Shown in pieces: positions 37,078 to 49,341 of a DNA stretch of 53,709 bases. The notes under the pieces were generated by a model that did no database searches, was not told the DNA's origin, and saw nothing but the letters and a program-made list of their open reading frames with translations. Both the position numbers and the translations under genes were made by a program. The DNA is from Eledone cirrhosa. Lineage: Eukaryota. How positions within the stretch are numbered: the first letter of the stretch is position 1; every line of letters starts with the position of its first letter. The stretch spans positions 1-53,709 of the forward strand of contig CAXHJY010001260.1 of NCBI GenBank assembly GCA_964016885.1, in the 5' to 3' direction.

Positions 37078-38100
37078 GTCTGTCTGTCTGTCTATATATC
37101 TAGATAACTAGCTAGCCCCCTGTTTAGCTATAATCTCTGTCTGTCTGTCTGTCTCTCTGTCTGTCTGTCTGTCTATATATCTAGATAACTATCTAGCCCC
37201 CTGTTTAGCTATAATCTCTGTCTGTCTGTCTGTCTGTCTATATATCTAGATAACTAGCTAGCCCCCTGTTTAGCTATAATCTCTGTCTGTCTGTCTGTCT
37301 ATATATCTAGATAACTAGCTAGCCCCCTGTTTAGCTATAATCTCTGTCTGTCTGTCTGTCTATATATCTAGATAACTAGCTAGCCCCCTGTTTAGCTATA
37401 ATCTCTCTCTGTCTGTCTGTCTGTCTGTCTATATATCTAGATAACTAGCTAGCCCCCTGTTTAGCTATAATCTCTGTCTGTCTGTCTGTCTGTCTATATA
37501 TCTAGATAACTAGCTAGCCCCCTGTTTAGCTATAATCTCTGTCTGTCTGTCTGTCTGTCTAGATAACTAGCTAGCCCCCTGTTTAGCTATAATCTCTCTC
37601 TGTCTGTCTGTCTGTCTGTCTATATATCTAGATAACTAGCTAGCCCCCTGTTTAGCTATAATCTCTGTCTGTCTGTCTGTCTATATATCTAGATAACTAG
37701 CTAGCCCCCTGTTTAGCTATAATCTCTGTCTGTCTGTCTGTCTATATATCTAGATAACTAGCTAGCCCCTGTTTAGCTATAATCTCTGTCTGTCTGTCTG
37801 TCTGTCTGTCTATATATCTAGATAACTAGCTAGCCCCCTGTTTAGCTATAATCTCTCTCTGTCTGTCTGTCTATATATCTAGATAACTAGCTAGCCCCCT
37901 GTTTAGCTATAATCTCTGTCTGTCTGTCTGTCTGTCTGTCTAGATAACTAGCTAGCCCCTGTTTAGCTATAATCTCTGTCTGTCTATATATCTAGATAAC
38001 TAGCTAGCCCCCTGTTTAGCTATAATCTCTCTCTGTCTGTCTGTCTGTCTGTCTATATATCTAGATAACTAGCTAGCCCCCTGTTTAGCTATAATCTCTC

Positions 38101-38137
<37 letters not shown>

Positions 38138-39283
38138 ATATCTAGATAACTAGCTAGCCCCCTGTTTAGCTATAATCTCTCTCTGTCTGTCTGTCTGTCT
38201 GTCTATATATCTAGATAACTAGCTAGCCCCCTGTTTAGCTATAATCTCTGTCTGTCTGTCTGTCTGTCTAGATAACTAGCTAGCCCCCTGTTTAGCTATA
38301 ATCTCGGTCTGTCTGTCTATATATCTAGATAACTAGCTAGCCCTCTGTTTAGCTATAATCTCTCTCTGTCTGTCTGTCTGTCTGTCTATATATCTAGATA
38401 ACTAGCTAGCCCCCTGTTTAGCTATAATCTCTGTCTGTCTGTCTGTCTGTCTAGATAACTAGCTAGCCCCCTGTTTAGCTATAATCTCGGTCTGTCTGTC
38501 TGTCTATATATCTAGATAACTAGCTAGCCCTCTGTTTAGCTATAATCTCTCTCTGTCTGTCTGTCTGTCTGTCTATATATCTAGATAACTAGCTAGCCCC
38601 CTGTTTAGCTATAATCTCTCTCTGTCTGTCTGTCTGTCTGTCTATATATCTAGATAACTAGCTAGCCCCCTGTTTAGCTATAATCTCTGTTTGTCTGTCT
38701 GTCTGTCTAGATAACTAGCTAGCCCCCTGTTTCGCTATAATCTCTGTCTGTCTATATATCTAGATAACTAGCTAGCCCCCTGTTTAGTTATAATCTCTGT
38801 CTGTCTGTCTATATATCTAGATAACTAGCTAGCCCCCTGTTTAGTTATAATCTCTGTCTGTCTGTCTATATATCTAGATAACTAGCTAGCCCCCTGTTTA
38901 GTTATAATCTCTGTCTGTCTGTCTATATATCTAGATAACTAGCTAGCCCCCTGTTTAGTTATAATCTCTGTCTGTCTGTCTATATATCTAGATAACTAGC
39001 TAGCCCCCTGTTTAGCTATAATCTCTCTCTGTCTGTCTGTCTGTCTGTCTATATATCTAGATAACTAGCTAGCCCCCTGTTTAGCTATAATCTCTGTCTG
39101 TCTGTCTGTCTATATATCTAGATAACTAGCTAGCCCCCTGTTTAGTTATAATCTCTGTCTGTCTGTCTACATATCTAGATAACTAGCTAGCCCCCTGTTT
39201 AGCTATAATCTCTCTGTCTGTCTATATATCTAGATAACTAGCTAGCCCCCTGTTTTAGCTATAATCTCTGTCTGTCTGTCTAT
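36228..39283. repeat. Compound satellite: constant block CTAGATAACTAGCTAGCCCCCTGTTTAGCTATAATCTC alternating with variable (TGTC)n(TA)n (~50 units)
   Basis: Directly visible. Confidence 0.95.
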
Positions 39284-39293
39284 CTATCTGTCT

Positions 39294-40245
39294 AACTGGC
39301 ACATCGAATGTGCTCAGGCACTCAGTCCTCTGGTAAACGAACCCGGCGATCAGTGGAGACTCCACTCTGTCATTCTATAGAGGGTTGGTCCGCAGCAAGT
39401 GCGACGACGCGCTCGGAGAAACTCTAGGCGTAGAGGAAGACGAACTATCCAGTTTGTTCGGTAGGACCTTGCGTCCGGGACCGATGGACAACTTCCAAAA
39501 GTCCCTGGCCTGGCAGTGCTACCGAGGAGCTCTACCAGTTCGAGACAAGCTCTACAGACATGGGCGCCCGGGCAGGGACCCTTCGAAAAAGATCTGTCCG
39601 AGATGCGTGCGCGACGAAGAAACTGTTGCGCATGCATTTGTACACTGCCCGGGCGTTACCGACCTGTGGGGCTATGTAGAACGACTATTGTCGCTGGTGG
39701 GACCAATCCAGTTGACCACCGAGTTCATTGTCATGATCAAACCGCCACCCTCCTTCAAAAACGAGGGAGAGGCAGTTTTCCTATGTGTTATGGCTATGGT
39801 GAAAGAGGTTGTATGGTGGACAAGGTTGAAAGGGCTGAGGTCAGACACCTTTCTCTCCGGCGAGCAACTGATTCGTTTTTTCAAATACCATTTTGGAAGA
39901 AGAATCAAGATGGAGAGAGAGGTGCTGTATCCCAGCAAGTTTTATAAAAGGTGGGTGAAAGTGGCAAAGATGGCCCGAGTGGTTGGGTCTTCTCTCTATA
40001 TAAGCCTGTAGGCTGAGGAAAAAGAGGAAGAGAGGAAGGGAGTACTCACTCTTGGTACTCCTGGAGATGAGGGCTGTACATTTTTTCGGGGTGTGTACAA
40101 CCCCTGTGTAACACCCTCCCCCCTATTGGGGATATCAATTGTTATTTGTTATTGTATTAATAGTTTTATTTTCATATACCTGTATGTAAACTCCCCAATT
40201 GTATTTGTCCCCTTCTTTTGTGCCCTTGTGGCTAATAAAGAAATT
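39294..40245 (+). mobile_element. 5'-truncated L1/Tx1-clade LINE 3' end (zf-RVT CCHC domain, 3' UTR, AATAAA)
   Basis: ORF 39385..40011 has AWQCYRGALPVRDKL...CPRC...EETVAHAFVHC; AATAAA at 40234; possible TSD TATCTGTCT at 39285 and 40246. Confidence 0.85.
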
Positions 40246-40247
40246 TA

Positions 40248-40279
<32 letters not shown>

Positions 40280-40335
40280 CATGCCAATCTATCTATCTAT
40301 CTGTGGTATTCACACTCCTACACTGCAGAAGATAT

Positions 40336-41038
40336 CAACACTCCCACTTTACAGAGTGTACTGGGTGTATTTTATTGTGGCACCAACACTACCACTTTAC
40401 AGAGTGTACTGGGTGTATTTTAGCGTGGCACCAACACTACCACTTTACAGAGTGTACTGGGTGTATTTTAGTGTGACACCAACACTACCACTTTACAGAG
40501 TGTACTGGGTGTATTTTAGCGTGGCACCAACACTACCACTTTACAGAGTGTACTGGGTGTATTTTAGCGTGGCACCAACACTACCACTTTACAGAGTGTA
40601 CTGGGTGTATTTTAGTGTGACACCAACACTACCACTTTACAGAGTGTACTGGGTGTATTTTAGCGTGGCACAAACACTACCACTTTACAGAGTGTACTGG
40701 GTGTATTTTAGTGTGACACCAACACTACCACTTTACAGAGTGTACTGGGTGTATTTTAGTGTGGCACCAACACTACCACTTTACAGAGTGTACTGGGTGT
40801 ATTTTAGTGTGGCACCAACACTACCACTTTACTGAGTGTACTGGGTGTATTTTAGTGTGGCACCAACACTCCCACTTTACAGAGTGTACTGTGTGTATTT
40901 TAGCGTGGCACCAACACTACCACTTTACAGAGTGTACTGGGTGTATTTTAGTGTGGCACCAACACTACCACTTTACAGAGTGTACTGGGTGTAATTTATT
41001 GTGACATGAACCCACTACTTTACAGAGTGTACTGGGTG
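40336..41038 (-). repeat. 48-bp minisatellite (~14 copies) derived from the SINE/RTE-UTR module
   Basis: Unit CACCAACACTACCACTTTACAGAGTGTACTGGGTGTATTTTAGYGTGR (40381, 40429 and onward). Confidence 0.92.
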
Positions 41039-41225
41039 CAAATAAAAAAATTGAAAAGACTTCCCCCATCCCCAATTCTTCGTCACCACCCCCACCACCA
41101 TGTGCTCTCCTCTCACACAGCTGTCCACATTTTCTTCTTTCTATCTCTGCCCCACCCCCCAGGGCATTAAGATGCCAACATACTGGAGCAACACCAACAT
41201 CACAACTACAACCACACCCTCGAAA

Positions 41226-41750
41226 CTACCACCACCACCACCACCACCACCACCACCACTACCACTACCACCACTACCACCATCATCACCACCACTACCA
41301 CCACTACCACTACCACCACTACCACTACCACCACCACCACCACCACTACCACCACCACCACTACCACCACCACCACCACTACCACCACCACCACCACCAC
41401 CACTACCACCACCACCACCACCACCACTGCCACCACCACCACCACCACCATCACCACTACCACCACCACTACCACCACCTCCACCACCCCCACCACCACT
41501 ACCACCACCACCACCACCACTACCACCTCTACCACCACCACTACCACCACCACCACCACCACCACCACTACCACCACTACCACCACTACCACCACTACCA
41601 CCACCACCACCACCACCACTACCACCACCACCACCACCACCACCACTACCACCACCACCACCACCACCACCACCACCACCACCACCACTACCACCACTAC
41701 CACCACTACCACCACTACCACTACAACTACCACCACCACCATCACCACCA
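41226..41750. repeat. (CCA/CTA)n microsatellite
   Basis: Directly visible; explains the poly-Pro/Gly/Val ORFs. Confidence 0.95.
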
Positions 41751-41937
41751 ATCCTTCCAAGGCAGTCCTTATATAAAAATCTAAGGGCTGAGGGCCCTGT
41801 CCCCTCTTTTCCTCTCCATGTAATAAAATAGGGAGGGAGGGGGTGAAATAAAATAAAACAATATAATAGAGAAAATAAGAAAGAAAGGAAAATAGTGGAT
41901 ATCATGTAATTTGTGATGTGTAGTGAAGTATGGGATA

Positions 41938-43528
41938 GGGTGGTGGTGTGGGGTGGTGGTGTGGTGGTGTGGTGGGAGATAGGGTGGTGGTGGTGGTGTG
42001 GTGGTGGTGGTGGTGTGTGTGTGGGGTGGTGGTGGGGGAGGGGGGGGGAGATAGGATGGTGGTGGTGTTGGTGGTGGTGGGAGATAGGGGTGGGGTGGTG
42101 TAGTGGGGGTGTAGTGGTCGTGGTGATAGTTGTGGTGGTGGTGGTGGTGGTGGTGGCGTAGTGGTAGTGTGTGATGGTGTAGTGGTGTGGTGGTGGATAG
42201 GGTGGTGGTGGTGTAGTGGCGGTGTAGTGATGGTGGTGATGGTGGTGATAGGTGTGATGGTGTGTTGGTGGTGGTGGTATTGTGTTAGCGGTAGTGGTGA
42301 TAGTTGTGGTGGTGGTGGTGGTTGTTGTGGTAGTAGCAGTTATGATGGTGGTGGAGGTGATGTGGAGGTGTTAGGGTGCCAAGTAGTTAGTCAGGAGGGG
42401 GGGGGGGAGATGAGAAGTGAGAAATAAATGAAGCAAATAATGAAGATGCCATATTAACTTTTTTTTGCCAAAGGGTGTGTTGGTTGTGGTGGTGGTGGTG
42501 GTGGTGGTGGTAGTGTGGAGGTGGTGGTGGTAGTGTGGAGGTGGTTGTTGTGGTGGTGGTGGTAGTGTGGAGGTGGTGGTGGTAGTGTGGAGGTGGTTGT
42601 TGTGGTGGTGGTGGTAGTGTGGAGGTGGTTGTTGTAGTGGTGGTGGTGGTAGTTGTGGTGGTGGTGGTGGTGGTGGTGGTAGTGTGGAGGTGGTTGTTGT
42701 GGTGGTGGTGGTGGTAGTGTGGAGGTGGTTGTGGTGGTGGTGGTGGTTGTTGTTGTTGTGGTGGTAGTGTGGAGGTGGTTGTGGTGGTGGTAGTGTGGAG
42801 GTGGTGGTGGTAGTGTGGAGGTGGTTGTTGTGGTGGTGGTGGTGGTGGTGGTAGTGTGGAGGTGGTTGTGGTGGTGGTAGTGTGGAGGTGGTGGTGGTAG
42901 TGTGGAGGTGGTTGTTGTGGTGGTGGTGGTGGTAGTGTGGAGGTGGTTGTGGTTGTTGTTGTTGTTGTGGTGGTAGTGTGGAGGTGGTTGTTGTGGTGGT
43001 GGTGGTAGTGTGGAGGTGGTAGTGTGGAGGTGGTTGTTGTAGTGGTGGTGGTGGTGGTGGTGGTTGTGGTGGTGATGGTGGTGGTGGTTGTTGTGGTGGT
43101 GGTGGTAGTTGTGGAGGTGGTAGTGTGGAGGTGGTTGTTGTGGTGGTGGTGGTAGTTGTGGTGGTGGTGGTTGTTGTGGTGGTTGTTGTAGTGGTGGTGG
43201 TGGTGGTGGGGGTAGTTGTGGTGGTGGTTGTTGTGGTGGTTGTTGTAGTGGTGGTGGTGGTGGTGGTGGTAGTTGTGGTGGTGGTGGTTGTGGTGGTGGT
43301 GGTGGTGGTGGTAGTTGTGGTGGTGGTAGTGTGGAGGTGGTAATTGTGGTGGTAGTTGTGGTGGTGGTGGTGGTGGTGGTAGTTGTGGGTGTGGTGGTGG
43401 TTGTGGTGGTGGTGGTGGTAGTTGTGGTGGTGGTAGTTGTGGTGGTGGTTGTTGTGGTGGCAGCTGTGGTGGTGGTGGTGGTAATGTGGAGGTGGTTGTT
43501 GTGGTGGTTGTTGTGGTGGTAGTTGTGG
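41938..43528. repeat. (GGT)n-rich low-complexity tracts
   Basis: Directly visible. Confidence 0.92.
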
Positions 43529-43535
43529 ATGATGA

Positions 43536-43543
43536 TATGTGTG

Positions 43544-43581
<38 letters not shown>

Positions 43582-43921
43582 TGTATATATATATGTATGT
43601 ATGTATATATATATATGTATGTATGTATATATATATGTATGTATGTATATATATATGTATGTGTGTGTATATATGTATGTGTGTGTATATATATATGTGT
43701 GTGTATATATATATGTGTGTGTATATATATATATGTGTGTGTATATATATATATATGTGTATATATATAAATGTATTTATATATATGTGTGTGTGTATAT
43801 ATATATATATATAAATCTATGTATATATATGTGTGTGTATCTATGTATATATATGTGTGTGTGTGTATATATATATATATAAATCTATGTATATATATGT
43901 GTGTGTATATATGTATATATA

Positions 43922-43962
<41 letters not shown>

Positions 43963-44009
43963 CTATGTATATATATGTGTGTGTATATATATATATAAAT
44001 CTATGTATA

Positions 44010-44043
<34 letters not shown>
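43536..44043. repeat. TA/TG microsatellite
   Basis: Directly visible. Confidence 0.93.
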
Positions 44044-44064
44044 AGAGTGAAACATAGTCTCTTG

Positions 44065-44570
44065 ACTAATCTGCTCACCTAGGTATCGGAAACTATCAAC
44101 CACCTCTATAGAACTACTATCAAATTTCCTTGAATATATACTACATACATAGTTCTCCCTACCTGTTAGTTTGCCTGCTATCCCACTATGCACCTTGTGT
44201 ACCCAAGATCTGCATTGGGTACATTCTATCGAGCTTATGCCAACTCCTTTTCTGCATATCGAACATGGCTATTTCCCTGATGGAATCAGTTTTGTCCTCT
44301 TTCATACTTATCAACACCTTAGTCTTTGCTAGGTTCACTCTCAGTCCTCTTGAGTCCAACTGCTGTTTCCATAGCCAGAATTTATTCTCTAGCTCCTCGA
44401 GCTCCTCTACTGATTCTGCTATAAGTACCAGATCATCAGCATAGTGAAGTTCCCATGGACAGCCAGTCTTACCTCAGATCGGGGTACTCTATCAAAGGCC
44501 TTCTCAACAAAAGCTAAATATAGTGGCTTATTCTTCTCTAAGAACCTCTCTTGTAATTGTATCACCAAGA
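44065..44570 (-). pseudogene. Degraded RTE-A RT fragment with internal deletions
   Basis: SGIAGKLTGRENYVC...[15 protein letters not shown] and nucleotide similarity to 1615-2355. Confidence 0.85.
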
Positions 44571-44571
44571 A

Positions 44572-44910
44572 TGGAGGCACATGGCTTAGTGGTTAGAGCA
44601 TTGGCCTTGCAATCGAAAGGTTGTGAGTTCAATTCTCAGACCGGGTGATGTGTTGTTTCCTTGAGCAAGACACTTTATTTCACATTGCTCCAGTTTACTC
44701 AGCTGTAGAAATGAGATGATAGGGACTGGGGTCGATATCATACCACTGCCAAGTGGTCGTGGAGGTGCCACAGCAAAAAAGCACCCAGCACTCACTGTAA
44801 ATGAGGTTGGTGTTAGGAAGGGCATCCAGCTGTAGAAATCAAGCCAGAATCAGTTCCCGTCCCACCCTTGCAAGCAGGTAAAAGTGGACGTAAAATGATG
44901 ATGATGATGA

Positions 44911-44913
<3 letters not shown>
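44572..44913 (+). mobile_element. SINE family A (full length)
   Basis: GGAGGCACATGGCTTAGTGG...RTE tail with (GAT)n. Confidence 0.92.
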
Positions 44914-44948
<35 letters not shown>

Positions 44949-45259
44949 AAAAAGTAAACGGAAATAACAACACAATTAGTACAGTATATGGAAGGTATAT
45001 ATTAGGTTAACGCTCCTTGTATACCGTACAGGTGTATAAAACACGTGTTTCTAATTATAACCTGTGTATATATAATGCTGTGTAGGACAACAATGTTAGT
45101 AGCATGACAGACATGTAGGGGGCAGCACTAACCTACAATATCGTCTACATATAGAGAAGAGTGATGTGTGACGTCATCACGCCTACGTCATCACCAACGT
45201 CACACTCTCTCTCTCTCTCCATGCTTTGTTCTCTTTAGCTTGTAATGGTCTCTCTGACG

Positions 45260-45586
45260 TCACAGACACACATACAGACACGCACACTGACACTCACGCA
45301 CACAGACACACACACACACACATACACTGACACACCCACACACAGACACACCCACACACAGACACACCCACGCACACACACACACACGCACACAGACCGA
45401 CACACACGTACACTGACACACACACACACACACAGACACACACACGCACACATACCCTCACACACACACGTACACTGACACACACACACACGCACCCCAC
45501 GCACGTACACTGACACACACACACATACACACAAACACACACGTACAGACACACACACACGTACAGACACACACACGTACACTGAC

Positions 45587-45618
<32 letters not shown>

Positions 45619-46860
45619 TGACCCACTCACACACATGGACGCTGAGCCACACACACTGACACAGTACATACAGAATAATACACATACACACACATTGACT
45701 CTGACTAACACACACACACACACTAACACAGACACTTACACACACACTTACACACAGACACTTACACACAGACACTTGCACACACACACTTGCACACACA
45801 CACTTACACACAGACACTTACACACAGACACTTGCACACAGACACTTGCACACAGACACTTACACACAGACACTTACACACAGACACTTACACAGACACT
45901 TACACAGACACTTACACACACACTTACACACACACTTACACACAGACACACACACACACACACTTACACACACACTTACACACACACTTACACACACTTA
46001 CACACACTTACACACACTTACACACAGACACTTACACGCACACTTACACACACACACACACACACTAACACACACACTTACACACACACTTACACACAGA
46101 CACTTACACACAGACACATACACTAACACAGACACTTACACACACACACTTACACACAGACACTTACACACACAGGCACACACACACACACTAACACAGA
46201 CACACTAACACACACATACACTTACACACTTACACACACAGACACACTCACAAACACATACTAACGCACACACTAACACACACAGACACACTAACACACA
46301 GACACACACTAACACACACACACACACACTAACACATGCATGATACATTGTTTGGCTTGGTGGGTGTAGGGGAGGAGGTGGGGTGAGGGGTGGGTGTAGG
46401 AGTGGGTCAGGCCTGGCTTCACCACCACCACATCCCCCCCCCCCTCCACCACTACCACCAAAAGCCCTACCACCACCACTGCCGCAGCACCACTCCTACC
46501 ACCACCACCACCACCAACACCACTCCTACCACCACCACCACCACCACCACCACTACAACCACCACCACCAACACCACCACCACCACTACCACCACCAATA
46601 CCTCTCCTACCACTACCACCACTACCACTACCACTACCACCACTACCACTACCACCACCACCACCACCACTACCACCACCACCAACACCACCACTACACC
46701 ACCACCACCACCACCACTCCTACCACCACCACCACCACCACTACCACTACCAACACCAACACTACCACCACCAACACCACCACCACCACCACTACCACCA
46801 CCACCAACACCACCACTACCACCACCACCACTACCACCACCACCACTACCACCACCACGA
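45260..46860. repeat. CA-rich and (CCA)n low-complexity tracts
   Basis: Directly visible. Confidence 0.92.
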
Positions 46861-46940
46861 TTGCAAATCCAGTTCTCTAACTACTCAGCCACATGCCTTC
46901 ATTATATATATATATATATATATATATAAATATATATATA

Positions 46941-47113
46941 ACCAAAAGTCAAACAAGGTTCATTGATTACTCAAGGAATATAGTTTTACAATAGATTAGA
47001 AGCACTCAACAAGGAAGTTTTCTGGAGTTATTAATATTAATTCAAAATATTAATAAATATAGACATTCATGATCACACGAATGTCTATATTTATTAATAT
47101 TTTGAATTAATAT
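46941..47113. mobile_element. Short palindromic member of the 32.7-kb family, truncated before the hammerhead
   Basis: Perfect 35-bp arms 47034-47068 / 47079-47113; tail 46941-47033 homologous to 32657-32757. Confidence 0.72.
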
Positions 47114-47174
47114 ATATATATATATATATATATGAAAGTAAAACAAAGAAGCCTTCAATACATCAAAAGTCTTT

Positions 47175-47220
47175 ATTAGCCAACAATGTTTCGTCCTATT
47201 AAGGACTCATCAGGGCAATT
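47175..47220 (-). ncRNA. Minimal type I hammerhead ribozyme
   Basis: ATTGCC-CTGATGA-GTCCT taat AGGAC-GAAA-C att G-TT^GGCtAAT; canonical core, followed by AATAAA and then (TA)n. Confidence 0.75.
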
Positions 47221-47334
47221 AAAACAACAAGAAGTATTATCGGCCAATACAAGCCGGAAACTCCGAAGAATATGGAGTGTACATACACTAAAGTATTGCA
47301 AGATTATGGGTAAAAATATATAATAAAAATATAT

Positions 47335-47522
47335 AATTGTTTCTACTTTAGGCACAAGGCCAGCAATTGCCCAGTACATTACTGGTACTTTATTTTATCG
47401 ACCCCGTAAGGATGAAAGGCAAAGTTAACCTCGGCGGGATTTGAACTCAGACTGTAAAGGGACGTAACTATGCTAGAAAGCATGGTGTCTGACGCTCTAC
47501 CGATTCTGCCAATCTACCACCC
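47335..47522 (-). mobile_element. SINE family B
   Basis: Full-length reverse complement of family B. Confidence 0.87.
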
Positions 47523-47900
47523 TCTATAAAAATATATAATAAAAATTACTAAGGAGGTGTATAACATTAAGAACCATATTACAAATATAGTCCAAAGCAA
47601 AAAAATCCTAGAGCTAAACAAAGTTGTTATATAGAGCAGGAATTATATATAATACAATGTATTATAATATAATATACCGTTACCAATATTAAAATTACAA
47701 TAAAAATCAAAAGGTACAATATACATATGTATATATGTACGCACACGTACGCACACATACACATACATCAATACACATATCCATCTTCAACTGCACAAAT
47801 TAAACCTTATTAAGAGTTTAAATATAAATAAGCATGATAGGAATAAAAATAATAATGATAATGATAATACATATACCCAATATACATATATATATATATA

Positions 47901-48046
47901 TATTAAATAAATGGAAACTATATTTATAAAACCATATTTATTTAATATCATTGAATATTTACTCCGGTAAACTGTTGAGTGCTCTAAATCAGTTATAAAC
48001 ATTTATATTTGTCGGACTTCCAACAAATTAAATACTCCTTCTACTT
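47901..48046 (+). mobile_element. Tail of the 31/34-kb hammerhead element family with a short inverted 5' arm
   Basis: ATTAAATAAATGGAAACTATATTTATAAAACCAT as at 34099; tail with TTGAGTGCTC homologous to the reverse complement of 34005-34096 and 30080-30158. Confidence 0.65.
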
Positions 48047-48057
48047 ATATATACATA

Positions 48058-48445
48058 TCATCATCATCATCATCATCTTTTAACGTCCATCTTCCACGCT
48101 TGCATGGGTTTGGACGGGAGTTTTCCCACTTGAGACAAGAGTGGTTGTCTTGCTCGTATAGGACTGTCTGGCGGGTTTTCTACGGCTGGATGCCCTTCCT
48201 AACACCAACCACGTTTACAGTGTGGACTGGGGGGGTTTTACCGTGTTACCTACACGGCCACATTACAGCGTGGACTGTGTGTTTTTTTGTTGTGACACCT
48301 ACACGACCTCATTTGTTTCAACTGGATGTTGTGGTACCAACATAACTTCACATTTAAGGTGGTGGTGTGGATGGCGTGGGGGTAGTGGGACTGGGTGTAT
48401 TTTTGTTAGAGCTGCCTACTGACTGTAGGTTTCGCTTTGTACTTA
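48058..48445 (-). mobile_element. RTE-B 3' UTR-only copy
   Basis: Matches 33055-33440. Confidence 0.85.
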
Positions 48446-48674
48446 TATATATATATATATATTTCGTTTCTGAATTTGTTTAGAAAGATTCTTTATCTGA
48501 AAACGTGTGTTGAAACCGATATTGTTATACTTTGGGAGGGTCATGTTGCCAATAAGAAACACACACACCAGTTGCTTTCACTCCAATTTATTATAAATTA
48601 AATTTATAAATTTAGGAATTTATAAATTTCCGGTTGTTTCGTTGGTTTCACAACCACACGATTGTTCATATATT

Positions 48675-48717
48675 ATCAAAGTTCTTTCGTCACACATTCT
48701 GTGACCTCTTCAGTGAC
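48675..48717 (-). ncRNA. Minimal hammerhead ribozyme candidate
   Basis: GTCA-CTGAAGA-g-GTCAC agaatgt GTGAC-GAAA-GaaC-TT^TGAT; stems I and III are short. Confidence 0.55.
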
Positions 48718-48858
48718 TGGGGATTCTTTTCTTTGTTTTTGTGCCTCTCCTTTGTTCTGTCCTACGCCATCTTGTTTATATATATATATATTCCAGCTAT
48801 TGTGGAAGATAGACGTTAAACGATGATACATTTATATATATATATATAGTACTTTATA

Positions 48859-48923
<65 letters not shown>

Positions 48924-48924
<1 letters not shown>

Positions 48925-49083
48925 GTAGGACCCGGGTTGAGTCGGGGATAACCACAGTAAGTAAGGTACTCAATACATGGCAGAGTAAAAAAAATGTTAT
49001 TGTATAGAAGGAGCTTCTACAGGACTAGTACTGTTTCATTCATGAAACAGTACTAGTCCTGTAGAAGCTCCTTCTATACAATA

Positions 49084-49084
<1 letters not shown>
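48924..49084. mobile_element. Perfect 43-bp-arm palindrome with one-sided TTGAGTACC tail
   Basis: 48997-49039 / 49042-49084; minus-strand tail 48924-48996 runs into (TA)n. Confidence 0.7.
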
Positions 49085-49134
<50 letters not shown>

Positions 49135-49306
49135 TACATATACGTGTGGAAGCTTAGTAAAACCGAAGTTTTGGGTGTGTCCAAGCAAAGCCGACCTACA
49201 ATAAGGAATGAGTAGCAAAGCACTCAATAAGGGTAGGTCCTTAGAGTAATAGCATGCGTTTAGATAACTTGACAAATTGAAAATTGCGGCAGGCAAAACC
49301 CAGCCG

Positions 49307-49341
<35 letters not shown>

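Noticed and set aside
36228-39283. CRISPR array
   Set aside because: Spacers are only (TGTC)n/(TA)n, there are no cas genes, and the context is eukaryotic.
41100-41905. Formin/extensin-like poly-Pro or Gly-Ser protein
   Set aside because: Pure (CCA/CTA)n microsatellite.
44572-44645. tRNA gene (TGC-anticodon-like) at SINE-A heads
   Set aside because: No proper acceptor stem, and it always continues into the SINE body.
44757-44800. Pistol ribozyme resemblance (CGTGG...CCAC followed by an A-run)
   Set aside because: Lacks the P2/P3 arrangement and GU cleavage junction; kept only as a pseudoknot.
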